A stretch of DNA of 37,882 nt from Candidatus Omnitrophota bacterium (GTDB lineage Bacteria > Ratteibacteria > UBA8468 > B48-G9 > JAFGKM01), in assembly GCA_023818745.1 (NCBI GenBank), contig JAMWBY010000002.1, forward strand, positions 1-37,882, given 5' to 3'. The notes under the pieces are model-generated. The model saw nothing but the letters and a program-made list of their open reading frames with translations, was not told the DNA's origin and made no database searches. Shown piece after piece: positions 1-10,186 of the stretch; the first letter of the stretch is position 1; each line of letters begins with the position of its first letter. Both the position numbers and the translations under genes were made by a program.

Positions 1-537
1 AATCCTCATTTTTTCTTCATTTGTTGTAAACAAAGACCCCATATGATTATTAACTCCTTTAATATAAGGTAAAAAATATCTAACATTATCTTCAAATACC
101 TTCTTTATTTCCTCTGCGTCCATATCCACTTTAATTAATCCTTTATCAAGACATTGAGAAGGAGGAGATGGTTCAAGAGGTAGATGTAAAAAAAGCTCAA
201 AATTCTTATCTTTTAGTTCTTTAACAATTTTTTCACTGTATGGTGCCTTTGGTAATATTGAAAGCGTAAGTGGTTTATTTATCTCCTCTAATTCCTTTAT
301 TATTGAAAGATTCCAACCAACATCATCTATTATAATCGCAACTTTACCTTTTTTAATTTTCTTTTTCTCAATTTCTTTCGGTATTTCTTTTTTTATTTCA
401 GGTGGGACCAATTTAGTTATTTTTTTTTGTTCTTTCTTAAACTCTTCCAAAATTTTTAAACTTACAATTAAAATAAGTAAAATCAAAAAAAGAACTATAG
501 GAACAAAAAAGAAAAAATTATTTTCTTTTTTTGCCAT
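1..537 (-). CDS. Divergent polysaccharide deacetylase family protein (YibQ-like); its 3' end runs off the window
   Basis: Absent from the ORF track because it is truncated by the window edge. Hand translation of the minus strand from ATG 537-535 gives MAKKENNFFFFVPIVLFLILLILIV (TM anchor), then KGKVAIIIDDVGWNLSI, ELFLHLPLEPSPPS, and KGVNNHMGSLFTTNEEKMRI at position 1. IIDDxG, HxPxEP and NNHMGS are hallmarks of the YibQ/divergent polysaccharide deacetylase family. The ATG abuts the ctpA stop codon at 538-540. Confidence 0.7.
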   Translation of the reverse strand, partial: MAKKENNFFFFVPIVLFLILLILIVSLKILEEFKKEQKKITKLVPPEIKKEIPKEIEKKKIKKGKVAIIIDDVGWNLSIIKELEEINKPLTLSILPKAPYSEKIVKELKDKNFELFLHLPLEPSPPSQCLDKGLIKVDMDAEEIKKVFEDNVRYFLPYIKGVNNHMGSLFTTNEEKMRI

Positions 538-1710
538 TTATATCATCTTCTTTATTTCTTCAAGTGCCTTTTTAAACTGAATATCCTCTTCGCTTGTCGG
601 CAGTATCGGCTTTTCTCCATCAATTTTTACTTCAATATCAGGTGCTATTCCTTCTCCTTCAATACAGATACCTTTTGGAGTATAAAATCTTGCTATTGTG
701 AGTTTTATTGCTGAGTCATCTGGTAATTTAATAAGATTTTGAACAGAACCCTTTCCAAATGTTTTCGTTCCTATTGATAATAAATTTGGATAGTTATCTT
801 TTAAGGCACCAAATAATATTTCAGAGGCAGAAGCGCTTCCACCATTTATAAGTAGCACTATAGGCCCTTTCCATAATTGGCTTTTCTTGCTGTAAAACTT
901 CACAGAATCTTCCTTCTTCCTACCTTGAGTATAAACAATAAGTTTATTGGGTGGTAAAAATAATTCAGTTACCTCAATGGCAATATTTAACAGCCCTCCT
1001 GGATTATTTCTTAAATCAAGAATTAATCCTTTTATTCCTTTATTATTAAATTCTATCAATGCCTTTTTTAATTCTCCAACTGTATTTTCCTGAAAACCAG
1101 TTAATCTTATATAACCAATTGAATCAAATATCTTTGTTTTTACTGATTTAATCTTTATAACATCTCTTTCAAGTGTAAATTTTAATAAATTTGAAATCCC
1201 TTCTCTTAAAATGCTTATGGAAACTTTTGTCCCTTTTTTACCTCTTAATAACTTAGCCGCCTCCATTGAAGTCATCCCTTTGGTTGATTTTCCATCTATT
1301 TCAATAATTTTATCCCCTTCTTTTATTCCTGCTTTCCATGCGGGTGTATCTTCAATAGGGCTTACAACAGTAATAACTCCATCTTTAACTGTAATCTCCA
1401 TCCCTACTCCTTCAAACTCTCCTTTTGTCTCTATTTCAAGTTCCTTTTTCATCTCTGGTTCTAAAAATGCACTATACGGGTCAAGAGACATAAGCATACC
1501 TTTTAAAGCACCATATATGAGTTTTTTATCGTCAACTGGTTCTACATAATTGTCCTGAACTATTCTTAATGTATCAATAAAAAGTTCAAGATTTTTATAA
1601 AGGTTGGCATCTTGTGACTTTTTTGACTGAACAACATCAACATTTCCACCAAAAACAAATGTTAAAAACAAAAACGCAACAGTTATAAATATTATTTTCT
1701 TTTTTATCAT
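538..1710 (-). CDS. ctpA: Carboxy-terminal processing peptidase, S41 family, with a PDZ domain
   Basis: 390-aa ORF. N-terminal signal/TM segment. PDZ region (GMEITVKDGVITVVSPIEDTPAWKAGIKEGDKIIEIDG). S41 catalytic motifs (LINGGSASASEI and TFGKGSVQ). Confidence 0.9.
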   Translation of the reverse strand: MIKKKIIFITVAFLFLTFVFGGNVDVVQSKKSQDANLYKNLELFIDTLRIVQDNYVEPVDDKKLIYGALKGMLMSLDPYSAFLEPEMKKELEIETKGEFEGVGMEITVKDGVITVVSPIEDTPAWKAGIKEGDKIIEIDGKSTKGMTSMEAAKLLRGKKGTKVSISILREGISNLLKFTLERDVIKIKSVKTKIFDSIGYIRLTGFQENTVGELKKALIEFNNKGIKGLILDLRNNPGGLLNIAIEVTELFLPPNKLIVYTQGRKKEDSVKFYSKKSQLWKGPIVLLINGGSASASEILFGALKDNYPNLLSIGTKTFGKGSVQNLIKLPDDSAIKLTIARFYTPKGICIEGEGIAPDIEVKIDGEKPILPTSEEDIQFKKALEEIKKMI

Positions 1711-1742
1711 CTCTGCTCCTTTTGTGTGAAATATTTTACCTT

Positions 1743-3170
1743 TTATTTCAAATTTTTTAAATATTTAATCAAAATTTCTTTTGCTAAATTGGGATTTGCT
1801 TTACCTTTAGTTTTTCTCATTACCTGTCCAACGAGAAATGCAACTGCCTGCTCTTTTCCTTTTTTCCAATCACTCACTGCTTTTTCATTCTCTTTCAAAA
1901 CTTCCTCAACAACTTTTTCAAGTAAGTTCTCATCCTGTATCTGAATTAAGTTTTTCTTATTTACTATCTCTATAGGTGAAATCCCTGTTTGATATGATTC
2001 TTTAAATATTTCTTTTCCAATGCTCCCAGTTATTTTCCCTTCGTCTATCATTTTCAAAATTTCAATTAAATGAGGTGGTTTTAAAGGTATATCATCTGCT
2101 TTTAATATTTTACCTTTAATCTGCGCAAGCAGTTCTCCCATTATCCAGTTTGCAATTATTTTTGGTTTTTTATATAATTTGACACATATTTCAAAATAAT
2201 CTGCTATCCCTTTATGTGAAATAAGAATACTTGAATCATAATCGGAAAGTCCATAATCTTTTTTAAATCTCTCTTTTCTTTCATCAGGTAATTCTTTTAT
2301 TTGATTTTTTATTTCTTCAATCCACTCATTATTTATTTCAATAGGGACAAGGTCTGGTTCTGGAAAGTATCTATAATCATGTGCTTCTTCTTTTGTCCTC
2401 ATGCTTTCTGTAATTTCTTCTTTCTCGTTCCACAAACGAGTTTCTTGAACAATCTTTTCTCCTCTTTTTAAAATTTCTATTTGTCTTTTGCTTTCATATA
2501 ATAAGGCTTTTCTCACTGATTTAAATGAATTCATATTTTTAACTTCTGTTTTTACACCTAACTCTTTTTCTCCTTTTTTCCTAATAGAAATATTTGCATC
2601 ACATCTTAAAGACCCTTCTTCCATATTACAATCACTTATTTCAAGATATTCAAGTATTTGTTTAAGTTTTTCAAGAAATTTTTCACCTTCTTCTGGGCTT
2701 TTTATATCTGGCTCTGTGACTATCTCAAGCAAAGGAATACCACTCCTATTAAAATCTACATAAGAATATCCCGCACCCTCTGGATGTAAAAGTTTTCCCG
2801 CATCTTCTTCAAGATGGATTCTTTTGAAATTGATTTTTTTTCCATCAATTTCAAGATATCCTCCTGTTGCAATTGGCTCTTGGTATTGTGATATCTGATA
2901 GTTTTTAGGTAAATCCGGATAAAAATAATTCTTCCTTGCAAATCTACAAAACTTTGAAATATTTGAATTAAAAGCAATTCCTGTTTTTATTGCAAGTTCA
3001 ATTGCTTTTTTATTTATAACAGGAAGCACCCCTGGAAAACCCACGCATACAGGACAAATATAAGTATTGGGGGAGCCACCGAATTTAGTTAAACAAGAAC
3101 AGAACATTTTTGTCTTTGTTAACAATTCAACATGAATTTCAAGTCCTATAATAACTTCATATTCATCCAT
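1743..3170 (-). CDS. gatB: Asp-tRNA(Asn)/Glu-tRNA(Gln) amidotransferase subunit B
   Basis: 475 aa with a canonical GatB N-terminus (YEVIIGLEIHVEL..TKTKMFCSC) and a C-terminal YqeY-like tail (..VGQVMRKTKGKANP). Confidence 0.97.
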   Translation of the reverse strand: MDEYEVIIGLEIHVELLTKTKMFCSCLTKFGGSPNTYICPVCVGFPGVLPVINKKAIELAIKTGIAFNSNISKFCRFARKNYFYPDLPKNYQISQYQEPIATGGYLEIDGKKINFKRIHLEEDAGKLLHPEGAGYSYVDFNRSGIPLLEIVTEPDIKSPEEGEKFLEKLKQILEYLEISDCNMEEGSLRCDANISIRKKGEKELGVKTEVKNMNSFKSVRKALLYESKRQIEILKRGEKIVQETRLWNEKEEITESMRTKEEAHDYRYFPEPDLVPIEINNEWIEEIKNQIKELPDERKERFKKDYGLSDYDSSILISHKGIADYFEICVKLYKKPKIIANWIMGELLAQIKGKILKADDIPLKPPHLIEILKMIDEGKITGSIGKEIFKESYQTGISPIEIVNKKNLIQIQDENLLEKVVEEVLKENEKAVSDWKKGKEQAVAFLVGQVMRKTKGKANPNLAKEILIKYLKNLK

Positions 3171-3172
3171 AA

Positions 3173-4186
3173 TTATATTTTTTTAACCCCTGCTTTTATA
3201 TTAACTTTTAATGAACTATTTGGGTTCAACTTTAAACTTTCATTTCTTTTTACTGCTTCAGACAAATTTGGTAAACTTGAAAATGGTTCAAGAGCAATAT
3301 TATATGTCCTTCCCCACCATGGATAATTATAACTTCCTTTTGCAACTCTCCAGAACCATATATATTTAAAAATCTCTTTTGGAAATTCCATAAAAAAAGC
3401 AAGTTTCAATTTTTGATTTAAAATTTCATAATAACCTTCTTGAATTTCTGATAGAAAAATAATATCTGAAACATTATCTTTTTCTGATGGAACTTTGCTT
3501 ATATCAACAGATTTTCCATCAATACCTTCTACAAAGGGCCATTTACCTTCTACCTGTTTTAAATTGGTAATCGCCTTTCCATCCCCTGGAACAACTTTAA
3601 TTTTAGCCCCTTTAATTTTTATAACACAACCCTCTGATAAAAATGGTTTTCCTATCGCGGGATGATGTCCCCAGATAAAATCTATTTCTTCGCCTGAAAG
3701 ATTAAAAACCTCTTCTTCTATTTCTATATATGGAGTTTGGCTTTTAATAGTTATTTTTTTTTCAAGATAAAATGGGGTCCTGTATGTATGCACATAAAAT
3801 TTTATAGAAACTTTTTCATAACTATCCTCAATTATTTTATATTGCCATGGTAAAAGTGCAACTTCTCCATGAAGTCCAATAGTTGCTCCCTTATATTCAC
3901 AAATTCCGCCTCCATTAGGAAAAACTTCCTGCCAACCACCAGGATAATAATCAATAAAACTTCCTATTTTTGTTGGTGCGGTTTGAATCAATTTACCCTG
4001 ATGGTATAATGGAATTGGACTGCGCCACATAAAATCAATGTCTTTTTCCTTATATAAAAACTCAACTATATCTGTCCCTTTATCAACAAGAATTTCTACT
4101 CTTATAACTTCATTTTCAATATAAACACATTTATATCCATTCCATATAAATTCAATAAACCTGCATCCGCTATTTCTGTTCAACAC
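3173..4186 (-). CDS. Aldose 1-epimerase / galactose-mutarotase-like fold protein (DUF4432-like)
   Basis: 337 aa. Contains GLHGEV and WGHHPAIG, which resemble the mutarotase-superfamily His motifs, and has beta-rich composition. The family call rests on motif recognition only. Confidence 0.5.
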   Translation of the reverse strand: MLNRNSGCRFIEFIWNGYKCVYIENEVIRVEILVDKGTDIVEFLYKEKDIDFMWRSPIPLYHQGKLIQTAPTKIGSFIDYYPGGWQEVFPNGGGICEYKGATIGLHGEVALLPWQYKIIEDSYEKVSIKFYVHTYRTPFYLEKKITIKSQTPYIEIEEEVFNLSGEEIDFIWGHHPAIGKPFLSEGCVIKIKGAKIKVVPGDGKAITNLKQVEGKWPFVEGIDGKSVDISKVPSEKDNVSDIIFLSEIQEGYYEILNQKLKLAFFMEFPKEIFKYIWFWRVAKGSYNYPWWGRTYNIALEPFSSLPNLSEAVKRNESLKLNPNSSLKVNIKAGVKKI

Positions 4187-5312
4187 TTTCTTCTCCTTTT
4201 ACAAAGAAATATAACTCATCATCTAATAAATATCTTCTAAATCCCGCAAATCTATTTTTAAAATATCGCTCACTTAATGAACTTATAACAACTTTTCTTA
4301 AAGTATAACTTGCGTGGACAAATAGGTCATTTCCAAGATATATTCCAACATGTCCGATATTGCTTCCTCTTTTAAAAAATACTAAATCCCCTGGTAAAGC
4401 CTCGTCCTTTTTTATTTCAACACCATTTTTATACTGAAGAAGGGAATTTTGAGGAAGCTTTATATTTAATACATTATTATATACAAGACGGACTAAAGAT
4501 GAACAATCAACTCCACTTTTACTTTCACCACCATATTTATATTTAACGCCAAGCCAGTTTAAAGTTTCTTCTATTAACCTTGTCCTTACATTTGTCTGTT
4601 TTTCTACACCTGTTTCTTTTTCTATTTTCTCATCAAGTTTTTCCTTAGGTGGAATAACTATAACCTGACCAGATTTTAACTGGCCTTTTGTAATGAGATT
4701 TGCCTGAAGAAGTTCTTCAGGAGAAATTTGAAATTTTTCACTTATTGATTCAATTGTATCTCCATCGCAAACCTTGTAATATGTTTTTTTAGCAACATCT
4801 ATTATCGGTTTTATATTTTCAAAATCTATATCTTTTCTTACTGTTTCTGTATTTTCAATTTTCTTTAATCCCACAATTAGTTTTTGTCCAGGATGAATTG
4901 TGGTTTTCTTTAAATTATTAAGTTTTTTTAATTCAGAAACTGAGATCTTAAATTTATTAGAAATCTTACTTAAAGAATCTCCTTTTTTTACTGTATAATA
5001 TTCTTTTACAAAATTGCCTTCTTGCTGTGTTGTTATCTTTTCTTTTTCATCTTTTTTAACTTTATTGGTTGATACATTTTCTGCCTTCTTTTTTTCTTCT
5101 TGTTTTTTATCAATTATTAGTTTTTGTCCAGGATATATTTTTTCTGATGAAAGGTTATTCAGTTTTTTTATTTCCTCTATGTTTTTCCCATATTTTTTAG
5201 AAATCAAATAGAGATTCTCACCTTTTTTTACTGTATGGTAAAGTGTATATGAGGAATATCCATTTAAAACAAAAAGCAAAAGTAAAATTGATATTATTTT
5301 TAATAATTTCAC
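4170..5312 (-). CDS. Peptidoglycan endopeptidase: signal peptide, three LysM repeats and a C-terminal NlpC/P60 domain
   Basis: Three LysM repeats ([18 protein letters not shown]..., [17 protein letters not shown]..., [17 protein letters not shown]...). The C-terminal NlpC/P60 domain has the Cys (GVDCSSLV) and His (GHVGIY, HAS) residues. Confidence 0.9.
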   Translation of the reverse strand: MKLLKIISILLLLFVLNGYSSYTLYHTVKKGENLYLISKKYGKNIEEIKKLNNLSSEKIYPGQKLIIDKKQEEKKKAENVSTNKVKKDEKEKITTQQEGNFVKEYYTVKKGDSLSKISNKFKISVSELKKLNNLKKTTIHPGQKLIVGLKKIENTETVRKDIDFENIKPIIDVAKKTYYKVCDGDTIESISEKFQISPEELLQANLITKGQLKSGQVIVIPPKEKLDEKIEKETGVEKQTNVRTRLIEETLNWLGVKYKYGGESKSGVDCSSLVRLVYNNVLNIKLPQNSLLQYKNGVEIKKDEALPGDLVFFKRGSNIGHVGIYLGNDLFVHASYTLRKVVISSLSERYFKNRFAGFRRYLLDDELYFFVKGEESVEQK

Positions 5313-6022
5313 TTTCCACCTCCATTTAAAATCTCCATTATTTCTTTTTTCTTTTCTTCAAAATACTGGTCTATTTTTGATTTAAGTCCTTCAAGTGTCT
5401 CAATCTTCTTAATTCTTTTTTCAAGTTCCTCCTGCTGTTCAATTAACAATTGAAGAATTTTAAGAATAGGGTCTGGAAGTTTATCATGGTCAAGGTCAAT
5501 CTTTTTTTCCCTTTTTTCAACAACTCTTGCTGGAATTCCAACAACAGTAGTCCCTTCAGGAACATCTTTAACAACAACACTTCCTGCACCTATTTTTGCT
5601 CCATCTCCAATCTTAATCGGACCAAGTAAAATTGCACCTGCTCCTATAACAACATTATTACCAACCGTAGGATGCCTCTTTTCTTTTTTTAAAGATGTTC
5701 CACCAAGGACAACTCCCTGATACATTAAAACATCCTCTCCTATCTCAGAAGTTTCTCCAATGACAACTCCCATACCGTGGTCAATAAAAAATCTTCTCCC
5801 TATTTTTGCACCTGGATGTATCTCAATTCCCGTTAAAAACCTATTTATATGTGAAATAATTCTTGCTAATGTTTTTGCTCCTTTTTGCCAAAAAAAATGA
5901 GATACTCTGTGAATCCATATAGCATGCAGTCCAGGATAACTTGTAAGAACTTCTAAAACATTTCTTGCTGCAGGGTCTCTTTCAAATACAACTTTAATAT
6001 CTTCCTTTATTCTTTCAAACAT
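5309..6022 (-). CDS. cysE: Serine O-acetyltransferase
   Basis: Typical CysE start ([38 protein letters not shown]), hexapeptide repeats, and a Bacillus-type C-terminal tail ([10 protein letters not shown] followed by a coiled coil). A 4-nt ATGA-type overlap with the downstream gene. Confidence 0.9.
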   Translation of the reverse strand: MFERIKEDIKVVFERDPAARNVLEVLTSYPGLHAIWIHRVSHFFWQKGAKTLARIISHINRFLTGIEIHPGAKIGRRFFIDHGMGVVIGETSEIGEDVLMYQGVVLGGTSLKKEKRHPTVGNNVVIGAGAILLGPIKIGDGAKIGAGSVVVKDVPEGTTVVGIPARVVEKREKKIDLDHDKLPDPILKILQLLIEQQEELEKRIKKIETLEGLKSKIDQYFEEKKKEIMEILNGGGK

Positions 6023-6024
6023 TT

Positions 6025-7164
6025 TTAAATTTTAAATGATACGTTTTCAATTGTTTCTCTTAATTTTTTATAAAAACTTGCAGCATAAGCACCATCTATA
6101 ATTCTGTGATCAAAGGAAAAAGAAATATACATGTAGTTTCTTATTAAAATGGCATTCCCCTCTGGAAAAACACCCTTTTCTATTTTACCCACCCCCATTA
6201 TTGCAACTCCTGGAGGATTTATAATAGGATAAAAGTTTTCAACGTCATACATTCCAAGATTTGAAATAACAAAATTTGTTCCTTTTCTATCCTCTTCTGT
6301 CAATTTCCCTTCTCTTGCCCTTTCTATAAGTTTTTTTCTATCTTCTGAAATTTCTTTAATTGTCTTTTTATTTGCATTTTTAATTGAACCAACAACAAGT
6401 CCTTCGGAAATACTTATAGCAAGTCCAATATCTACATTTTTATAAACCCTTATTTCATCATTTATAACTCCTGCACCAATAAGTGGAAATTCTTCTATAA
6501 CCCTTGAAACAAAAAATATTAAAAAATCTGTTATTGTGTATTTCTCTCCCTGTTTTTCTTTCTCTTCCTTTATTTTAAGAATATTATCAACAAAGACCTT
6601 ACCTTGAAAATAATAATGAGGAATATTTTGTTTGCTTTCTGTAAGATTTTTCGCAATTATCTTTCTTAGAGGTGTCCAATTTATAACTTCATACTCTTGT
6701 TTTTCAGTTTTTAATTCTCCTTCACCTTTTCCTTTTAATTTTTCAATATATTCAACAACATCCTTCTTTTCAATCCTTCCATCAGGACCAGTCCCTTTTA
6801 TTTGTTTTATATCTATTCCATATTCTTCTGCAATCTTTTTCGCAATAGGACTTATTTTAATTCTATCCTCCTCTTTTTCAACTTTTATTTCTTTTTTTTC
6901 TTCTATTTCAAATGGTTCATCTGGAGTATCTGTCAAATAAGCAATAACTGTTGTAACTGGAATTGGTTGCTCAGATGGTTGAATTAAAATTTTTCTTAAA
7001 TATCCAGTATATGGACTTTCAACTTCAAAATTTGTTTTGTCACTCATAACCTCAAATAACACCTCTCCTTTTTCAACTTTTTCTCCTTCATTCTTTTTCC
7101 ATGCAATAAGATATCCCTCTTCCATTGTCTCACCAAGTTTAGGCATAATAATCTCTCTTTTCAT
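6025..7164 (-). CDS. Dihydrolipoamide acyltransferase (E2) of a 2-oxoacid/acetoin dehydrogenase complex
   Basis: Lipoyl domain ([14 protein letters not shown]), peripheral-subunit-binding domain ([33 protein letters not shown]) and catalytic domain with DHRIIDGA. Confidence 0.9.
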   Translation of the reverse strand: MKREIIMPKLGETMEEGYLIAWKKNEGEKVEKGEVLFEVMSDKTNFEVESPYTGYLRKILIQPSEQPIPVTTVIAYLTDTPDEPFEIEEKKEIKVEKEEDRIKISPIAKKIAEEYGIDIKQIKGTGPDGRIEKKDVVEYIEKLKGKGEGELKTEKQEYEVINWTPLRKIIAKNLTESKQNIPHYYFQGKVFVDNILKIKEEKEKQGEKYTITDFLIFFVSRVIEEFPLIGAGVINDEIRVYKNVDIGLAISISEGLVVGSIKNANKKTIKEISEDRKKLIERAREGKLTEEDRKGTNFVISNLGMYDVENFYPIINPPGVAIMGVGKIEKGVFPEGNAILIRNYMYISFSFDHRIIDGAYAASFYKKLRETIENVSFKI

Positions 7165-7186
7165 ATTTCGCCTCCAGTACTTAAAC

Positions 7187-8161
7187 TTATTTTAACATAT
7201 TACGGATTACAGAACAAATCCTATCAACATCTGGTATTGCAAGTTTTTCAAGAACTGGACTCTTTGGCATAGGGACATCCGCACCAGCAACTCTTACAAT
7301 AGGAGAATCCAGATAATCAAAAGCATTTTCAACTATCTGCATACCTATTTCAGCACCAACTCCTCCTGTTTTACAATCCTCTTCAACTATTACAACTTTA
7401 TTTGTTTTTTTTACTGATTTTACAACTGTTTCTATGTCCATCGGAAGCAATGTCCTTAAATCAATAACCTCAACACTTATTCCTTCTTTTTCAAGTATTT
7501 CTGCTGCCTGTAATGAAAATAAAAGCATTCTTGAATAAGTGACTATTGTTATATCTTTCCCCTCTCTTTTTATATCTGCAACTCCAATGGGAACAAGATA
7601 TTCTTCTTCTGGAACTTCTCCTTTTGTATTATAAAGCATTTTATGTTCAATAAAAACAATGGGATTATCATCTCTTATTGATGATTTCAAAAGTCCTTTT
7701 GCATCATAGGGCGTTGCTGGCATAACAACTTTAATCCCAGGTATATGGATAAGCCATGCTTCTAAACTCTGTGAATGATGCGCTCCAAGAGTTCGTCCTG
7801 CTCCACCTTCTGTTCTTATTACAAGAGGAACAGTGCATTTACCACCAAACATATATCTTATTTTTGCGACCTGATTATTAAGTTGATCCATACAAAGGCC
7901 AATAAAATCAATATACATAATTTCAGCAACAGGTCTTAAACCAGTTAATGCAGCTCCAAGAGCAGTTCCAACAATAGCATTTTCTGAAATAGGTGTGTCA
8001 ATTACTCTTTCTTCTCCATATTTCTGCCATAGTCCTGCTGTAACTCCATAGGCACCACCATAAATCGCAATATCTTCACCAAATAAAAAAACTCTACTGT
8101 CTCTTGCCATTTCCTCATCAAGTGCTTCATTAAGTGCCTGTCTATATGTTATCGTTCTCAT
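7187..8161 (-). CDS. 2-oxoacid (pyruvate/acetoin-type) dehydrogenase E1 component, beta subunit
   Basis: 324 aa. The N-terminus (TYRQALNEALDEEMARDSRVFLFGEDI) and the overall pattern are typical of E1-beta / transketolase-like proteins. Confidence 0.92.
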   Translation of the reverse strand: MRTITYRQALNEALDEEMARDSRVFLFGEDIAIYGGAYGVTAGLWQKYGEERVIDTPISENAIVGTALGAALTGLRPVAEIMYIDFIGLCMDQLNNQVAKIRYMFGGKCTVPLVIRTEGGAGRTLGAHHSQSLEAWLIHIPGIKVVMPATPYDAKGLLKSSIRDDNPIVFIEHKMLYNTKGEVPEEEYLVPIGVADIKREGKDITIVTYSRMLLFSLQAAEILEKEGISVEVIDLRTLLPMDIETVVKSVKKTNKVVIVEEDCKTGGVGAEIGMQIVENAFDYLDSPIVRVAGADVPMPKSPVLEKLAIPDVDRICSVIRNMLK

Positions 8162-8178
8162 TTTAACTCCTTTAATTT

Positions 8179-9138
8179 TTAAATATATAAATCAGTATAA
8201 AGTTCTTCTGGTTCAGGATAAGGACTTTTTATTGCAAAATCAACTGCTTCTTCAACCTCTTTTCTAACTTCTTCTTCAATTGAATCTATTTCTTCTTGGC
8301 TTAAAATACCTTCCTGTTTCATTCTATTGGCAAAAAGAATTATAGGGTCTCTTTCTTTCCAAAACTTTTCTTCTTCTCTTGTCCTATAGACGCGCGGGTC
8401 ACTTCTACTATGCCCATAATATCTATAAGTATTTGCGACTATAAAACTTGGACCTTTCCCTTCCCTTGCATAGTTTACCCATTTCCCAACTACCTCTCTT
8501 ACAGCAATAACATCCTGACCATCAACATTTTCTGCTGGTATATCAAAAGCAATTGCTTTTTTTGTTATGTCTTTGACTGCATGAGACCTTTCAACAGAAA
8601 CGCTCATTGCATATTTATTATTTTCACATATATAAACAACAGGCAATTTCCATAAGGAAGCCATATTCAAGCATTCAAAAAATATTCCATTATTTGTTGC
8701 ACCATCTCCAAAAAAACATAAAACAACTTTATTTTGTTTTTGTAATTTAATAGAAAGACCTGCTCCAGTAGCAATTCCCAAGCCACCCCCAACTATTCCA
8801 TTTGCTCCAAGATTACCTTTTGATAGATCTGCAAGATGTAGAGAACCACCTTTCCCTTTACATACACCTGTTTTTTTACCAAGAATTTCAGCCATAAGCG
8901 CCTTTAAATCACCATCTTTTGCTATCGCATGTCCATGTCCCCTATGAGTACTTGTTATATAATCGTCGGGTCTGATTACAGAAATTGCTCCAACTGCAAC
9001 TGCTTCCATTCCTGCATATAAATGAGAACCTCCTTCAGCAATATTTTTAGCAAGAAGTTCCATAATCATATCTTCAAACTGTCTTATTTCCATCATTTGT
9101 TTTAAAAGTTTAATTGCAAGTTCTTTTGAAATTTCCAT
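8179..9138 (-). CDS. 2-oxoacid (pyruvate/acetoin-type) dehydrogenase E1 component, alpha subunit (TPP-binding)
   Basis: 319 aa with TPP motif GDGATNNG...CENNKYAMS and the YRYYGHSRSDP phospho-loop-like segment. Confidence 0.92.
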   Translation of the reverse strand: MEISKELAIKLLKQMMEIRQFEDMIMELLAKNIAEGGSHLYAGMEAVAVGAISVIRPDDYITSTHRGHGHAIAKDGDLKALMAEILGKKTGVCKGKGGSLHLADLSKGNLGANGIVGGGLGIATGAGLSIKLQKQNKVVLCFFGDGATNNGIFFECLNMASLWKLPVVYICENNKYAMSVSVERSHAVKDITKKAIAFDIPAENVDGQDVIAVREVVGKWVNYAREGKGPSFIVANTYRYYGHSRSDPRVYRTREEEKFWKERDPIILFANRMKQEGILSQEEIDSIEEEVRKEVEEAVDFAIKSPYPEPEELYTDLYI

Positions 9139-9151
9139 AATTTTTCTCCTT

Positions 9152-10186
9152 TTAGGGTATTATTAAAACTTTAAGACCCTTTTTATTTTCAACTATTTCA
9201 AGTCCTTCTTTTATTTTTTCAAGAGGCAATCTATGTGTTATTAGTTTTTGTGCATCTATTCTTCCTGTAGATAAAAGTTCAATAGCAATCTTATTATGTA
9301 AAGGCGTAGAGCCATGTGTTCCTACAACAAAAAATTCACCATAATGAAGTAGATTACTATCAAACTGAATAAATGGACTTTCTTTTGGTAATCCACCAAA
9401 AAAATTAATTGACCCTCTTTTTGCAACAAGTTTTAAAGAAATTTCTTGTGCCTGCCTACTTCCAACTGCAACAATAACCTTATCTGCCATATGTCCATCT
9501 GTAATTTTTCTCACTTCTTCATAAATATCATCTTTACTCATATCTACAAGATAAGCACCTGTAAATTCTGCTTCCCTTATTCTTTCTTCTGAAATATCAG
9601 CAAGTATTATTTTCCCTGCAGAATTTATTTTTGCCAAAAGTGTATGTAATATCCCTATAGGACCTGCTCCAAGAATCAAAATAGTATCTCCTGTTTCTAT
9701 CCTGCTTAAAATCTGCCCATTTATAACACAAGCAAGGGGTTCTGCTAAACAAGCAAGTTCAAAAGAAAGATTATCAGGTATTTTATTTACACAACCATTC
9801 ATAACCGCATTTTCAGGGACAAGCATATATTCCGCAAAGCCACCATCATAATGATATCCTATCGCTGTTAAATTATCACACATAGTTTGTTGTCCCTTTC
9901 TGCAAAAATAACATTTCCCACATGGAATAGCAGGAGCAACTGCTACTCTATCTCCTTCTCTATATTCTTTTACATTTTTCCCGACTTTTTCAACTATACC
10001 ACTTACTTCATGACCTGTAATTCTTGGAAAAACAATATGCTTATGTCCATAATGAAAAACCTTTATATCAGTTCCACATATAGCACAACTTTTAACTTTA
10101 ATTAAAATTTCATTCTCTTTAACTTCAGGAATATTAACATCTTCAATTTCAAGTTTTTCTATATCCTTTAAAATTGCTCCTTTCAT
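9152..10186 (-). CDS. Zn-dependent medium-chain alcohol/polyol dehydrogenase (sorbitol / threonine / 2,3-butanediol dehydrogenase-like)
   Basis: CAICGTDIK..GHE catalytic-zinc motif, structural-zinc Cys cluster CGKCYFCRKGQQTMC, and Rossmann motif GAGPIG. The track start at 10201 is a TTG. The ATG at 10186-10184 has a GGGAGA RBS and forms an ATGA overlap with the upstream stop, so I prefer 10186. Confidence 0.8.
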   Translation of the reverse strand: MKGAILKDIEKLEIEDVNIPEVKENEILIKVKSCAICGTDIKVFHYGHKHIVFPRITGHEVSGIVEKVGKNVKEYREGDRVAVAPAIPCGKCYFCRKGQQTMCDNLTAIGYHYDGGFAEYMLVPENAVMNGCVNKIPDNLSFELACLAEPLACVINGQILSRIETGDTILILGAGPIGILHTLLAKINSAGKIILADISEERIREAEFTGAYLVDMSKDDIYEEVRKITDGHMADKVIVAVGSRQAQEISLKLVAKRGSINFFGGLPKESPFIQFDSNLLHYGEFFVVGTHGSTPLHNKIAIELLSTGRIDAQKLITHRLPLEKIKEGLEIVENKKGLKVLIIP